Shown here one piece after another: positions 52,189 through 64,000 of a stretch of 64,000 nucleotides of DNA. The translations under genes and the position numbers were made by a program. Source of the stretch: Eledone cirrhosa (taxonomy: Eukaryota); NCBI GenBank assembly GCA_964016885.1, contig OZ024740.1, positions 359,166,001 through 359,230,000 of the forward strand, read 5' to 3'. Each line of letters starts with the position of its first letter. Position 1 is the first letter of the stretch. A model generated the notes under the pieces. The model was not told the DNA's origin. It saw only the letters and a program-made list of their open reading frames with translations, and did no database searches.

Positions 52189-55100
52189 CTTTCTTTATTA
52201 ACCACAAGGGTCTACATAAAGTAGACATTAAGGACAATACAGGACGGTATTAATGGGCATTTCTGCGTGTAAAAAAAACAAAAATAGAATGTAACAAAAA
52301 ATAACAATGAAAAATTCCCCAATAGGGGGAGACTTCCGAGGAACATTTGTTGAGAAAGCCCATTAAAAGGCCACAGTGACCCTGATCACCAGGGCAAGTG
52401 CCCTCTCCCAGTTTTCCACCTTTAATTTACAGACACATACTCAGAGTAGGCCCATTCACTCGGGCCATACTTGCTTCTCTCACCCATCTTTCAACAAAAT
52501 GCTGGGAAGAGAGCACTTCCCTCATTACCCTGATTTTCCTTTTCAAATAAAATTTGAAAAAGTTAATCATGGCATCACCGAAGAGCTAAGTGCTCGTCTT
52601 CAGCCCTTTCAAACGTGTTCACCATACTATCTCTTTCGCCATGGCCACCAGATAGATAAAAACTGCCTGCCCTTCCCGGCTAAAGGAAGAGGGCGGGGCA
52701 ATCCTCACGATGGACCCAGCTGATAGCTGGATCCGTCCTACACATGACAGCAGGTGTTCGACATAAACCCACAAGTCAGCAATGCTCGGACACTGGGCGA
52801 GTGCGTGCAGGACAGTTTCGTCGCCCTGCGCGCATCTCGGACATGCCCGGCTGACGGCACCTCAATGCCTGTAGAGTTTATCCCGATTTGGCAAAGCTCC
52901 TCTGTAGCAATGCCAGGCTAGGGATTTCTGGAAGTTGTCCATAGGCCCCGGCCCGAAAGTCCTTCCGAAGAGATTGACTAGTTGATTTTCGTCGACGCCT
53001 AGAGTTTCTCCAAGTACGTCGTCGTTCTTCCCCTCCACTAATCCTTTATAGAACGCCAAGGTGGAGTTTCCACCGATCACATTGCCCGATTGGTCGAGGG
53101 CTGTGAGCGCCTGAAGACCATTCCAGTCTCCAAGCGCTCCCTCTCAGTCTTCGTTTGACCCAGGACTGCAGCTCCGTCAAGGAGACGAGCTGGGGAAAGA
53201 CGCGTCTAGCAAACGGCGACCACACCTGATCACCGTCGAGGAAGAGGTGGAGATATCGTAGCCTGAGCACGTATCTGCGCATCATCAGCCATGGCATGCC
53301 CAGCCCTCCACGTAGCGGGTGTTGACAGCAGATGGACCGCCAGACCATCGGAGCGCGTCCCTTCCACGAAAAGCGAAAGTGCAAACGCTCCAACGCAGTC
53401 AGGCGAGGCTTAGATCAAGGCACGCCGGTGAGGCGCCAGTAGATGACGGACGCGATGTGCGCAGTAGCCACCTCTGCTTGGCCTTTCAAGGATAGCTTCC
53501 TCTCCGCCCATTTCTGGGTGAGAGAAGCCACCCTGCTCGTCACCTCGTCCCAGCTTTTGTCCGTCTGGAGATCCGGACCGAACCAGACCCCTAGCAATTT
53601 AACCGGTCCATCCGTCCAGCGCCCAACGACGCTGTTGGACGGCATGGACCTGCCTCTCCAGGTGACGAGCTGCAGGCCCACTGACTTTTCCAGGTTGATC
53701 ATTGCTCCTGTCACCGCTTCGTATTCTCTTAGTGTAGTGCCGATCGCCTCGATGTGTTTAGCGTTCGACACCACTACGGTGACATCGTCGGCATATGCTG
53801 ACACGGATCTCAGGCATCCTAGTTCGCACGGGACCCCCCGCCCTCAACGTCTCCAGTTTGTGCAGTAATGGCTCGAGAGTCAATACGTACAAGAGGGACG
53901 AGAGGGGACATCCTTGGCGGACCGAGCGCATGATGTTGAACGGTTCCGAAAGGTGACCGTTCACTCTCACCAGAGCAGCTGTCGCTGTGCATGGCAGCGA
54001 TACAGCCTCTGAAGGCGGGCCCAAAGCCAGCCGCCCTCAGGGCTGCCGCCAGATAACGATGGTTGGCCCTATCGAAAGCTTTCGACTGATCAAAATTGAT
54101 CAAGGACCCACCCGTGTCGGGTTCCCTAGCTACCCTCTCCTTGATGTATCGCATGAGGTGGAGGTTGTCGTGGATAGATCTGTCGGGAATAGCGCATGTC
54201 TGCCCCTCTCCCACCAGACCACAAACGATAAGTGCCAACCTATTTGCTAGCACCTTGGCCAAAATCTTGAACTCTGTGTTTAGCAGAGTTATGGGCCTGA
54301 AATTATCTATGTTATCCCCCTTGTTCGGATCCTTTCTCAGCAGCGTCACCGCTCGTCGGCTCACAGAGCTGGGAATTCTCCCGTTCTGTTGCCAGTTGCA
54401 GTGGACGTCCGCCAAGAGGCCTCCGAACAGGTCTGGCATCTGTACGTAAAGTTAATAGGGCAGATCATCCAAACCAGGCGATTTACCCCTTGTGCAGCCA
54501 GTCATTTCCTCCTGTACTTCAGCTGCTGTTATCGGCTTTTCGCAAAACTCCGCCTCAGTGGCCGAGAACCGCGGCAGTCCGTCAAGGTACACACTAAAGT
54601 CCATCCCTCGATGCGGCCCGCCGCTGCCCCCGAACAGCTGAGAGAAGTGTCGCTGAAAAGCTTCACACATTTGCCCGGGATCGAGTAGCATGCGCCCGTC
54701 GTGATCCACCAAAGACCGGATCGTGGATGTGTTTCCACGACGCGCCTCCGCCACTCGGGCCCATTGAACGGCTTTCGTCCCCTCGTGTCTGAGAGCACGC
54801 ACCCTAGCTCTGACAACGCAGCCTTCGTGCTTTGCATTGAATAATTGGTCAAGGGCCAATTTCGCCGCAAGTACGTCGATCGCGATGCCATTGCTAAGTG
54901 CCTCGTCTAATTTTCTAACTAGTTCTCCCTCTGCTCTATTTTTCTCTATTGCTAAAGCCTTACTAAACCTAATGGACTCTATTCTAATCGCTCTTTTCAG
55001 AAAAAAACAAGCATTTATTGTTGAGATGGCCCCCGTCAACGCCCGCTTAACTAGTTCGCTAATCCGGTCTCTGTAGGCCTTGCGCGTTGTTAATGACGCG

Positions 55101-57960
55101 TTTAGCTTCCAGTCTATGATGCCTATCTAAATCAAGCACACAGATCACGAATTTGTGGTCCGTGTAGCTGACTATCTTGAATTCTGGACAGCCTATGCTA
55201 GACCTATCTATTTCCCTACAAAATATTCTATCTAGATATGATCTAGTGACGCTATGCGGTTTGTCGAAGTCCACATTGGCACATTCGGGAAAACCAATCG
55301 GTACCTGTCAGTCAGTTCAAAACGCCTGAGCAGGTTGGTGAGGCTCTTGCACCCTCCTCCCCTATCAGCTAATCCCACACAGTCCCAGCGTGCATCTAAG
55401 ATCCCGCTCCAGTCGCCCACTAACACTAAAAAGCGGGATGTTCCAAGAAAGGTCTCCAGACGCCGGAAGAAATCAGGCCGCCCTGCTCCTGTCGGGGCAT
55501 AGACGGCCACTAGCCTGAAATCTTTCCTGTCTTCGCTGGTCACGTCCAGCACCAGCAACTTACCTTCTGGGTCCAGGAAGATGGCCCGTATGGCGAGATC
55601 CAAATCTCTCCGAAAAAGCACAGCAACTCCACCCCCCCGATCCAGGACGGCTGGGAGATACGTACACATTGTAGCCGCCGAAGATCGGTGCGAAGGCCCG
55701 TGCTTCAGAGATTCTGGTCTCGCTGATGTCCACCACATCTATGTTTAGTGACCTGAGGTCGTTGAGCAGGTGGCCTTGCTTCCATGACGACCCCAGGCCA
55801 CGCGCATTTATGCTGCCTATTCTGAGTGAGGTCATGTTGAAAAGGAGTGGAAAAAGATGGGAAAGACCACTTACCTCACTTTTCGTAGGGGGAGGATGGT
55901 TTTTCCATCCTTCTCACTGCTTGTGGCCTACTCCGAAAGGATGTCCTTATAAATCCTCCTGGAGAGTGTTTGTCGGAAGTCTCCGATGTCTTTGGGGAAT
56001 TTTTGTTTTAGTGTCGTGTACGTTTTCTGTGCGATGCGAGTGATTTGTATGTGTGGAGGTGGTGTGAATTTTTGGGGTATTGTGTAGTCTTTTTCTGTGA
56101 TGCTGGTGTTGTGTTGGATGTAGTGTAGTAATTGGTTGTTGTTCAAATTTAATGCTGTGTAGTGTGTATCGTTTTAGTTGTTTTGTTTTGTTTGCGTTTG
56201 TTGTGGATTTGTTTCTGTTTCGCTTTTTGGTGACTTTTGTGGTGTTGGTGATGGTGGTGTTGGGGTTAATGATGGTGATGGTGTTGGTGTTTGTGGTGAT
56301 GGGGTTGGTGATGCTGGTGTGGATGGTGGCATAGCTGTCTTAACTTTTTTTGTTTGTTTGTTTATTTGTTTCTCTCTGCATTTTGTTTTTGGATGGGGAA
56401 GGAAGAGGATTTTTTCTTTTTGGTGTTCTTTTTCTTTTTTTCTTTTTTTTCTGATACAGGAAAGGTCGGGGAGTAAAACATCCTCCACAGGCGTTGATTT
56501 TGGTTTTGGCGTGGTGGATGGTGGAGGCGCTGGTGCTAATTCTAGCACGGTGGGTGGTGGTGGTGTTGGTTTTGCTACTGTTGCTGGGGTTGTTGCTGCT
56601 ACAGTTGCTTCTGTCGTTGCTGCCATTTTTGCTGCTGCTGCTGGTGTTGATGGTTGAGTCACTGGGGTGGGTAAGAGAGGTGGCCTCAACCTTTTAGCCT
56701 TAGGGCAGAAAGCCTTAAGGTGGGTTCCTTCACCACAAACGACACACCTAGACCTTCTACCCTCAACGATTACGGTCAGGTGGCTGCCGTCATGAGGTCT
56801 ATCACCTCTGCAATTTCCTCAATGTTTTTTGGTCTGCTTGGATCAGGAGCTCCATCCCAGATCCGGACCAGTTCTCCTGCTTTTCTTTTGTTACTTCAAT
56901 TATTTTCGTGTTGGCCTCGATGCCGGCGAGGACGGCAGCCATTAGCCAGGGAATTTCGATGGCCGGTGGAACGTGGGTCACCCTGATCTTTACGAGTCTC
57001 TGGCCAAACTAGTTTGGGACGAGTGTGAAGTCGTCACTTCTTAATGGGGCCATGGAGTGCTCTCTGGATTCCTGTCGTGTTCCAAAGAACACGTCCACAG
57101 TTCCATATTTCTTCCCACGTCTGATGTGGGATTTTTTCGCCCACACATGTCCCAAAGCCTTTTGTATTTGGGTCTCAGATGCCCGTTCCACTCGGCGTGA
57201 TTTTGTGTTTTTTGTCCGATAAGACACGGTGCATAGGCGCCGATGCTCCATCTTATTAGGTGGGGTTGAGGCTGACCCTGTACCCATCTTTTTTTACCAT
57301 TCGCTTGGCTTCATTTAATTCATCCTGGCTTACCTCGATTGTTTCGCTTTTCTTGACTGCTTTGGCAAATGATACATTTTGTTTTGCGGTGGTGTTGATG
57401 TTGTTGTTGTTATTCTCATTGTTGTTGTTGCTGTTGTTGTTATTGGTATTTTTAGTTTCAGTTGTGGTGGAGGTGGTGGTGAACCAGTTGTGTTCGGCGT
57501 GGAAGAGTCTATTCTGGGTGAATCCATTTCGTTGTCACGAGATAATAATTTATTTTTGGGGTTTCTGTTGACGCTGTGGTGGTGGTGGTGGTGGTATCAG
57601 TGGTGTTCGTTGTTCTTTTTGATATTGTGGTGGTGGGGGTGGCAGCTTTAACACCTGCAGTTTTTGGTAATGGCGGTAAATCCATGTCTTTATGCGGCAA
57701 ATCTAAATAATTCAGACTGCTATTAATTATATTTTCAGTGTTGGCAACCGTGGCAAGGCTTACAATGGTGTTGGTGGTGGTGGGGGGAGGGGGTGGGGGT
57801 CTGTTAAAAACAGTAAATTTGTCGTCCATGTTTTTTTTTCAAAGAAATATTTTGCTTTATGAATAAAAAGTTTAAGTTTTGGCTTCAAGGCCCCAATATT
57901 TTTTTGTGTCCTTTTCAGAAAGCAATATATGTGAACTTATAAACACTTAACAACAAAAGT
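52188..57960 (-). mobile_element. Full-length decayed L1/Tx1-clade LINE with (ATT)n tail
   Basis: ORF1 from 57829 (Pro/Thr-rich, CCHC knuckle CVVCGEGTHLKAFC ~56700-56745); ORF2 from 55835; AATAAA then (ATT)n at 52143-52187; 5' boundary approximate. Confidence 0.9.
52430..55835 (-). pseudogene. L1/Tx1 ORF2 (AP endonuclease + RT + C-terminal zinc finger), multiply frameshifted
   Basis: MTSLRIGSINARGL, ISETR, AVYAP, VGDW, SYTDH, GKSPGLDDLPY, NFRPITLLNTEFKILAK, QSKAFDR, VRQGCPLS, AYADD, RGGLGMP. Confidence 0.9.
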
Positions 57961-58020
57961 TTTCCCTACCCAGTGCATTACTGGTACTTTATTTTATCGA
58001 CTCCGTAATAATAATAAAAA

Positions 58021-59105
58021 TATGCTACTGATCGCATGCTTGATACCCAGGCTGGACAGACTAAAGAAACTGTTGCAACTGATACTGCTAGGCACGTAAA
58101 ATCACTGGCAAAAGCAAAAGGGCAAGGGTAATTAGCATCAAATTGGGAGCAGAAACCTCTGCATGGCAAATATGTGGCCCGTAGCAAACAAGCTGATGTT
58201 GACCAAAAGCACACCCATCAGTGGCTACGTAGTTCAGGGCTAAAGGCGGAGAGTGAAGGCTTCATCTAAGCTGCCCAAGATCAAAGCTTATTGACTCGTA
58301 ATTACCTAGCCAATGTGATGAGAAACGGAATAAACCCAAAGTGCCGATTCTGCAATGCTGGGGTTGAAACAGTGGATCACTTAGTCTCTGGATGTAAAGT
58401 TTTAGCACCAGTAGAATACAAATATAGACATGACAGAGTTGGCCAATATCAACACTGGGTAATATGTCGGCATTACAAAATCAAAGCTGAAGACAAGTGG
58501 TACAATCATCACCCTGAGGCTGTAACTGAAGGAGAAAAAGTAACAATTCTCTGGAACTTTCCTGTATATACTGACAGGACCATAAAAGCAAATAGACCTG
58601 ACATCATTATAAAAGATCAACATAACAAGGTCTGTTTATTGATAGATATGAGCATCCCATGTGATCACAATATCGCGGCAAAAGAATTTGACAAGCCACG
58701 AAAATATAAAGATCTGCTTATTGAAATTGAGAAATGTGGCACCTCAAGGCCGTTACAATACCAGTGATTGTGGGAGGACTGGGAATGATCAAGAAAGGAA
58801 CAGAACAATATTTGCGAATGATTCCTGGTTTACCCTTCTGCACGAGGTGCAAAAAATTGTTTTGACTGGTACTGCACACGTATTGAGAAGAGCACTATCT
58901 CTGTAAGATTGATATCCCTCCTTGTATTTACATACATATGCATATGCACATGTGTATATATGTATACTGTTTTTTTTTTGTTTGTTTTTTTTAAATTATA
59001 ATCAATGTGCTGTATTAACTGACTTACCAATGCACACTGTGAATTTATTTGCCCTAGGTGTCAGGAAGACACTTGGCATGTATCTCAGAAACAATAATGA
59101 AATAA

Positions 59106-59107
<2 letters not shown>
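58021..59107 (+). mobile_element. 5'-truncated R4/Dong-like RLE LINE (zinc knuckle + PD-D/ExK endonuclease + 3' UTR) in (TAA)n
   Basis: CRFCNAGVETVDHLVSGC, RHD, NRPDIIIKD..LIDMSIP; flanked by taataataat on both sides. Confidence 0.85.
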
Positions 59108-59136
<29 letters not shown>

Positions 59137-60620
59137 TGACATGGTACCTCATTCTTGGATAACGAAAAGCCTAGAGATCTTCAAGGTGGCAGATAACATC
59201 AGACAGTTGTTGAGCAAAAGTATGAAGTTCTGGGAAACAGAGTTAACATCGGATGGAGAATCCTTGGGAGGCGTGAAGATCGAGAGAGGTATCTTCCAGG
59301 GAGATAGTTTGTTCCCTCTGCTGTTTGTCCTTGCCCTGATATCCCTGACCGTTATATTGCGTAAAGTGAGAGCAGGATACAATTGGGAAAAGGAGAGCTT
59401 ACCATCAACCACCTCCTTTTCATGGACGATCTTAAACTCTTTGGGAAGAGTGAGAATGAGATGGATGTACTTGTTGACACTGTCCGTATTTTCAGCAATG
59501 ATATATGTATGGAATTTGGTATTAATAAGTGTGTAGTCCTAGTGATGAAGAGGGGTAAATTGATCAGAAGCAACGGAATCCAGGTACCAACAGGTGAGAT
59601 CATAAAGGAAATTGACACTGAAGAGGGATACAAATATTTAGGTGTTCTGGAAACAGATGACATCAAGAACAAAGAAAGGAAGGAATTGATAAGATCTGAG
59701 TACATAAGGAGAGTAAGGAGCGTATTAAAATCACATCTAAATAGTAGGAATATCATAAGTGCAGTGAATTCCCGAGCTGTGTCTATTATTAGGTACAGTG
59801 CGGGAATTCTGAAATGGAATGTTGCTGAACAAAAAGAAATGGATAGGAAAACTAGGAAGCTATTGACTATCTACAGCATGTTCCACAAGAGGAGTGATGT
59901 CGATAGACTCTACTTAAAGAGATCTGAAGGTGGAAGAGGTTTTATCAGCATAGAGGACTGTGTTCATATGGAGAAAAACAACCTGCACAAATATGTGACT
60001 GACAGTAGGGAGCCAATGCTCAAAATTGTACTGAAGGAGAAGACAATAGACCAGGGGGTGTCCAAGGAGGAAATAACAACAAGGAGGAAGAGCAATCTTC
60101 ATGAAAAGTCCCTTCATAGTACCTTCTTTAAGAAAACTGAATTTAGATATCCACAGACATGGAACTGGTTAAAAAGAGGAGACCTTAAAAAAGCTACAGT
60201 AGAAATGCTAATGGCTGCGCAAAAGCAAGCCCTCAGAACGAAGTGGGTGGAACACCATATTGACAAGGAGGAGGCTAGCTCACTGTGTAGGATATGTGGA
60301 CAGAGAGAGGAGACTGTGTCCCATATTGTATCCGAGTGTAAACACCTAGCCCAGACTCCCTATAAAGGCTGGAGACATGATGTGATAGGCAGGGTGATCC
60401 ACTGGCATCTATGCAAAGTAAACAATTTACCACATTCTGCGAAGTGGTATGAGCATAAGCCAGAGTCGGTGATAGAAAACGATCAGGTGAAGGTGCTATG
60501 GGATTTTAGGATACAGCCGAACAAGAAATTAGAACAGGCCTGACCAGGCCTGACCTGGTAATTTTGGACAAGGAAAAAAGATCGTGCCTGATTGTAAATG
60601 TAGTCTGCCCATTGAGAGTG
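59137..60620 (+). mobile_element. Second R4/Dong-like LINE fragment (RT to RLE)
   Basis: MVPHSWI, GIFQGDSLFPLLF, NHLLFMDDLKLF, YKYLG, GGRG, CRICGQREETVSHIVSEC, RHD, RPDLV; begins right after (TAA)n. Confidence 0.9.
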
Positions 60621-61647
60621 CAAGAAAAGTTGATTTCTCTTCTTGCCATAGCAAATATTTACAGATGAATGCGCCAGTGGGAATTAAATCGATAGACTGT
60701 GGATACGGCATCATGCAAATGAAGGGTGAAGAGGCCCCTGGTTAGTAATCTGATTCCCTGTCAACCACTAATAAGAGTTGTAACGAATTATTTCCATTAA
60801 TTTTAAAAGTTAATTGATGCCTTAACGTACATTGTGACATGCATCTCTTTTTTCCTTAATCCAAGAGGATTTTATAAATTTTCAGCTTTTAAATTTGCTA
60901 ATCGTTCAGTTTAGAAAATTTCATTTTAATTGTTTACTTTTAATGTATTCTCTTTGGATACATTCATTAACTACCATAAAGCTTTATATATGGTTTATAT
61001 TTATATACAATATTGCCAAAATAAATTAAATATATTGATTACTCTTTTAAATATATAAACATATCCAATATTTCAGTAGAGGTGAACACATGCCGAAATA
61101 AATTCAGATCTGTTGATGTTTGAAACAGCAATGTGATCTTTTAGTCTGACAATTTCCACAATAAAACATAACAATGATATTAAACGAAACAACGACGATC
61201 GAAGTATTTGCGTGGACATTATTTTCTGCTAGAAATAGTATCAAAATCTCCCTCAAATCACGTCATAACGATTTACGAAAGCAGTGGAAGATGTGTTAAA
61301 GCATCGAAAAAGGTGTCCATTGTATGATAAATAGAATGAAAAGTGAATATATATATATGAGTGTTGAAGTATTGTGGAATATGAAATTGTCGTTTTAGAA
61401 CCCTCTACAATGGAGATAGGTAAATCTCCGGGTAACAAAATCAGGTGGTCGGTCGATGGATGTGAAATACGAAATATAGGGACCAATAAATTCCTTCCAA
61501 GGTAACTTTATCTCGTTTGGGGTTACGCCATTTTTTACGTTTTTAGGTCTCTTTTTATGTTTATTTCTACATTTCTTTTTCCTCCTACTGCTACATGATT
61601 TTATTACCCAGATATTTTCCCAACTGCATTGTAAAGGCTTCCAAAAC

Positions 61648-61701
<54 letters not shown>

Positions 61702-62400
61702 ATCGACAGTTGCCTTGCAACAATTTAATCTATTTGTCTGCTCCTAAAAGATTTGTTGAGCATCTTATAAGGAACAAGATCGAAATCATCGTATAACGAC
61801 CTAAACCCTTAACATAATTAGCTCTCCCCATTTTGGTTGAGTGATTTTATTGGAAAAAATTGTGCTTCTACTTTTAGCACTACCGTCATATCCCAGGCAG
61901 CTTACCAATGCTGCTGTCATGTTAACTAATTGGTAGTAAGCTTACACATGGAACAGCAGTTTCGACACGAAAATATAGTAGTAAGGTCGTTATTTGGAGA
62001 TTCCTCTAATGGATTAGCTTGCCGATGAGGGCTAATAGTTCAGAATTTGTTGATTATTGGTTTACAATTAATCGATGATTAGCAGATTTTTTTTATAGTC
62101 TGAAACATTATTGTATAAGCCTATAGGAGAATATATGTATTCTGGCAACTTTCTATTTTAAACAACAGAGATACCGACTCATTCTAATTATTGAAATTGT
62201 GAGTACTTTAACATTTTCATATGTTAAGTTGTTAAATAATTAATTTTCCTCTGCTTCATTGCAAGGCTTCGTGACTGGAAATGTTCCCTTGCATCAATTT
62301 AACCTAAGTGTCTGTTCCGATTTGATTTGTTGATCAAGTTGTAAGCAAAGAGGTTGAAATCATTGTATAGCAATCTAAGCCCTTATGTATATATATATTT

Positions 62401-62971
62401 AAAAAGAAATAGGATTTCGCTTCAAGCATAGCTTTATACAATATGTATAAATATTTCGTATCTCCAAGGAAATACGGTTTTAGGAAGCCGTAGCTATGCA
62501 AACACCGGGGGACTAACGCCCTCTGGTGATGTCCAGCAGAAGCAAGGGGAACAACCGTCTATGCATTTCAGGCTTAACTGGCCTTCGTCAGGACGGGTCC
62601 CTCCCACCGCTTGCGACTGCTGGACTAGAAGACAGGCGAGAATATATACATTTCTCGTCTGTGTAAATGAGGTGATTAATCTCATTTGCATATGAAGCTG
62701 CATAAGTTGGCTCAACTTATGATAAAAAAAAGAGAAAGCTATGCTTGAAGCGAAATCCGATTTCTTTTTTTATTATAAGTTGAGCCAACTTATGCAGATT
62801 CATATACAAATGAGATTAATCACCTCATTTACACAGACGAGAAATGTATATATTCTCAGCTGTATTCTAGTCCAGCAGTCGCAAGCGGTGGGAGGGACCG
62901 TCCTTACGAAGGCCAGTTAAGCCTGAAATGCATAGACGGTTGTCCCCCTTGCTTTTGCTGGACATCACCAG
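62401..62971. mobile_element. Fold-back non-coding hammerhead element (~330-bp unit) next to (TA)n
   Basis: Arms at ~62523-62730 and ~62765-62971; terminal motif 62401-62435 inverted at 62735-62769. Confidence 0.85.
62555..62596 (-). ncRNA. Minimal type I hammerhead, canonical core
   Basis: ccgtc-CTGACGA-aggc(cagttaa)gcct-GAA-ATGCAT-A-gacgg; the + strand copy at 62898-62939 has core CTTACGA. Confidence 0.85.
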
Positions 62972-62974
62972 TGT

Positions 62975-63114
62975 TAGAACACTGGAAGGTAATATCCGTA
63001 GCGGTAGAGCACTCAGTCCATGGGACGAGTTAGGTAGAAGTGGTTACACAACAGTTAGTTCACCATAGTTCACCAAGAACGGTATGGTGAACTAACTGTT
63101 GTGTAACCACTTCT
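62975..63114. mobile_element. Short fold-back Penelope-type end (family of 28042-28243)
   Basis: Reverse complement of the 28146-28240 sequence plus a snap-back arm ending in TA. Confidence 0.8.
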
Positions 63115-64000
63115 ATATATATATCAAGGTTTAGCAAATAGAGAAAAGTTTTAAAATAAATTTTAAAAAGTTCGCTGTACTTACTATATGTACCCTTACC
63201 GCGCGATTTCAAATCCCAAAATAAATGGATAATCCAGGCGGAACCCCATTGAGAAGGGGATTCTCGTCAGAAGGTTCTTCTCGCTCGGAGAATATAAAAT
63301 TCCCGAGTTCAAATCACAAACTGGCGCCTTATAAAACTGTTCCCGGATGAGAGTGAATGAGGATGAAACCAATTTTGTCTAGTGCCGTGTGTAAAGACAG
63401 CAGGCATGGGCAGGCAGGTCAATGTCCTGCCACTAGAAATAGCAGCAGTTCAAACGACCAAAATGTTATCTCAACCTTAGGGGAGATTAATAATAATAAA
63501 GTATGTGTTCCTACGTGTAAAAAATACACACAGGGACACAAGTATTATCCAACTGTATGCCAATGTGGTTCAATGGCAGGTTAATAAATTAACGAGCCAG
63601 AACATATAATATATATATATATATAGTATTAAGGATACTATTTATGGTTATGCAAATACAAAAACCTTTTGTAGTTATATATATTTTTACAAACCCTAAA
63701 TAGTGATAGGCAGTAATATATTACTACCTTATTACCAGTAAGTTAAATAGCTCAATGTAATAACATCAGATGTTTTACAGAGCAGTTATATATAAGTTAT
63801 AAGAATCAAAGTTCTGTTCAAATCATTTATATGCTTACAATTGTTTCCTCCAAACCGAGGTTTGGTTTCTTCGGAGCAATTTATTAATGAATGAACACAT
63901 ATATGACCTCCTTTTCAACCCAAGAGACATACAGATACATATGCAAACATTGTTGCTTGGTGGGTTGACATCCATTATGACATTTAGTGTGGCAGTATAC

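Noticed and set aside
53443-57651. Long + strand ORFs within the LINE
   Set aside because: They are antisense shadows of the GC-richer LINE ORFs, with no recognisable domains.

Overview
AT-rich, microsatellite-laden eukaryotic genomic DNA. The SINE motif and repeat landscape suggest a cephalopod, probably octopus (inference). The only host gene I can support is four small phase-2 coding exons on the + strand (2571-2711, 7705-7770, 12126-12269, 37356-37427). They splice into consecutive leucine-rich repeats of a type-B LGR receptor (LGR4/5/6 or rickets/bursicon-receptor-like), so essentially the whole window is intron. The introns hold: a near-complete Penelope-like element (RT + GIY-YIG, Naiad-like, 39937-44851) with an inverted pLTR; many short non-coding Penelope-type ends inserted in (TA)n, often as fold-backs and carrying minimal hammerhead ribozymes; a full-length decayed L1/Tx1 LINE plus an older copy; two R4/Dong-like RLE LINE fragments in (TAA)n; RTE and CR1/L2 remnants; a tRNA-type SINE family with TSDs; hAT MITEs; and Tc1/mariner and piggyBac-like relics. 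The most striking observation is a 71-nt motif found in two diverged non-coding repeat families (27072-27142, 27708-27778, 38582-38652). It contains all hammerhead catalytic nucleotides, but in a strand order that is not a circular permutation (a double-pseudoknotted hammerhead), and it is supported by multiple compensatory base changes.
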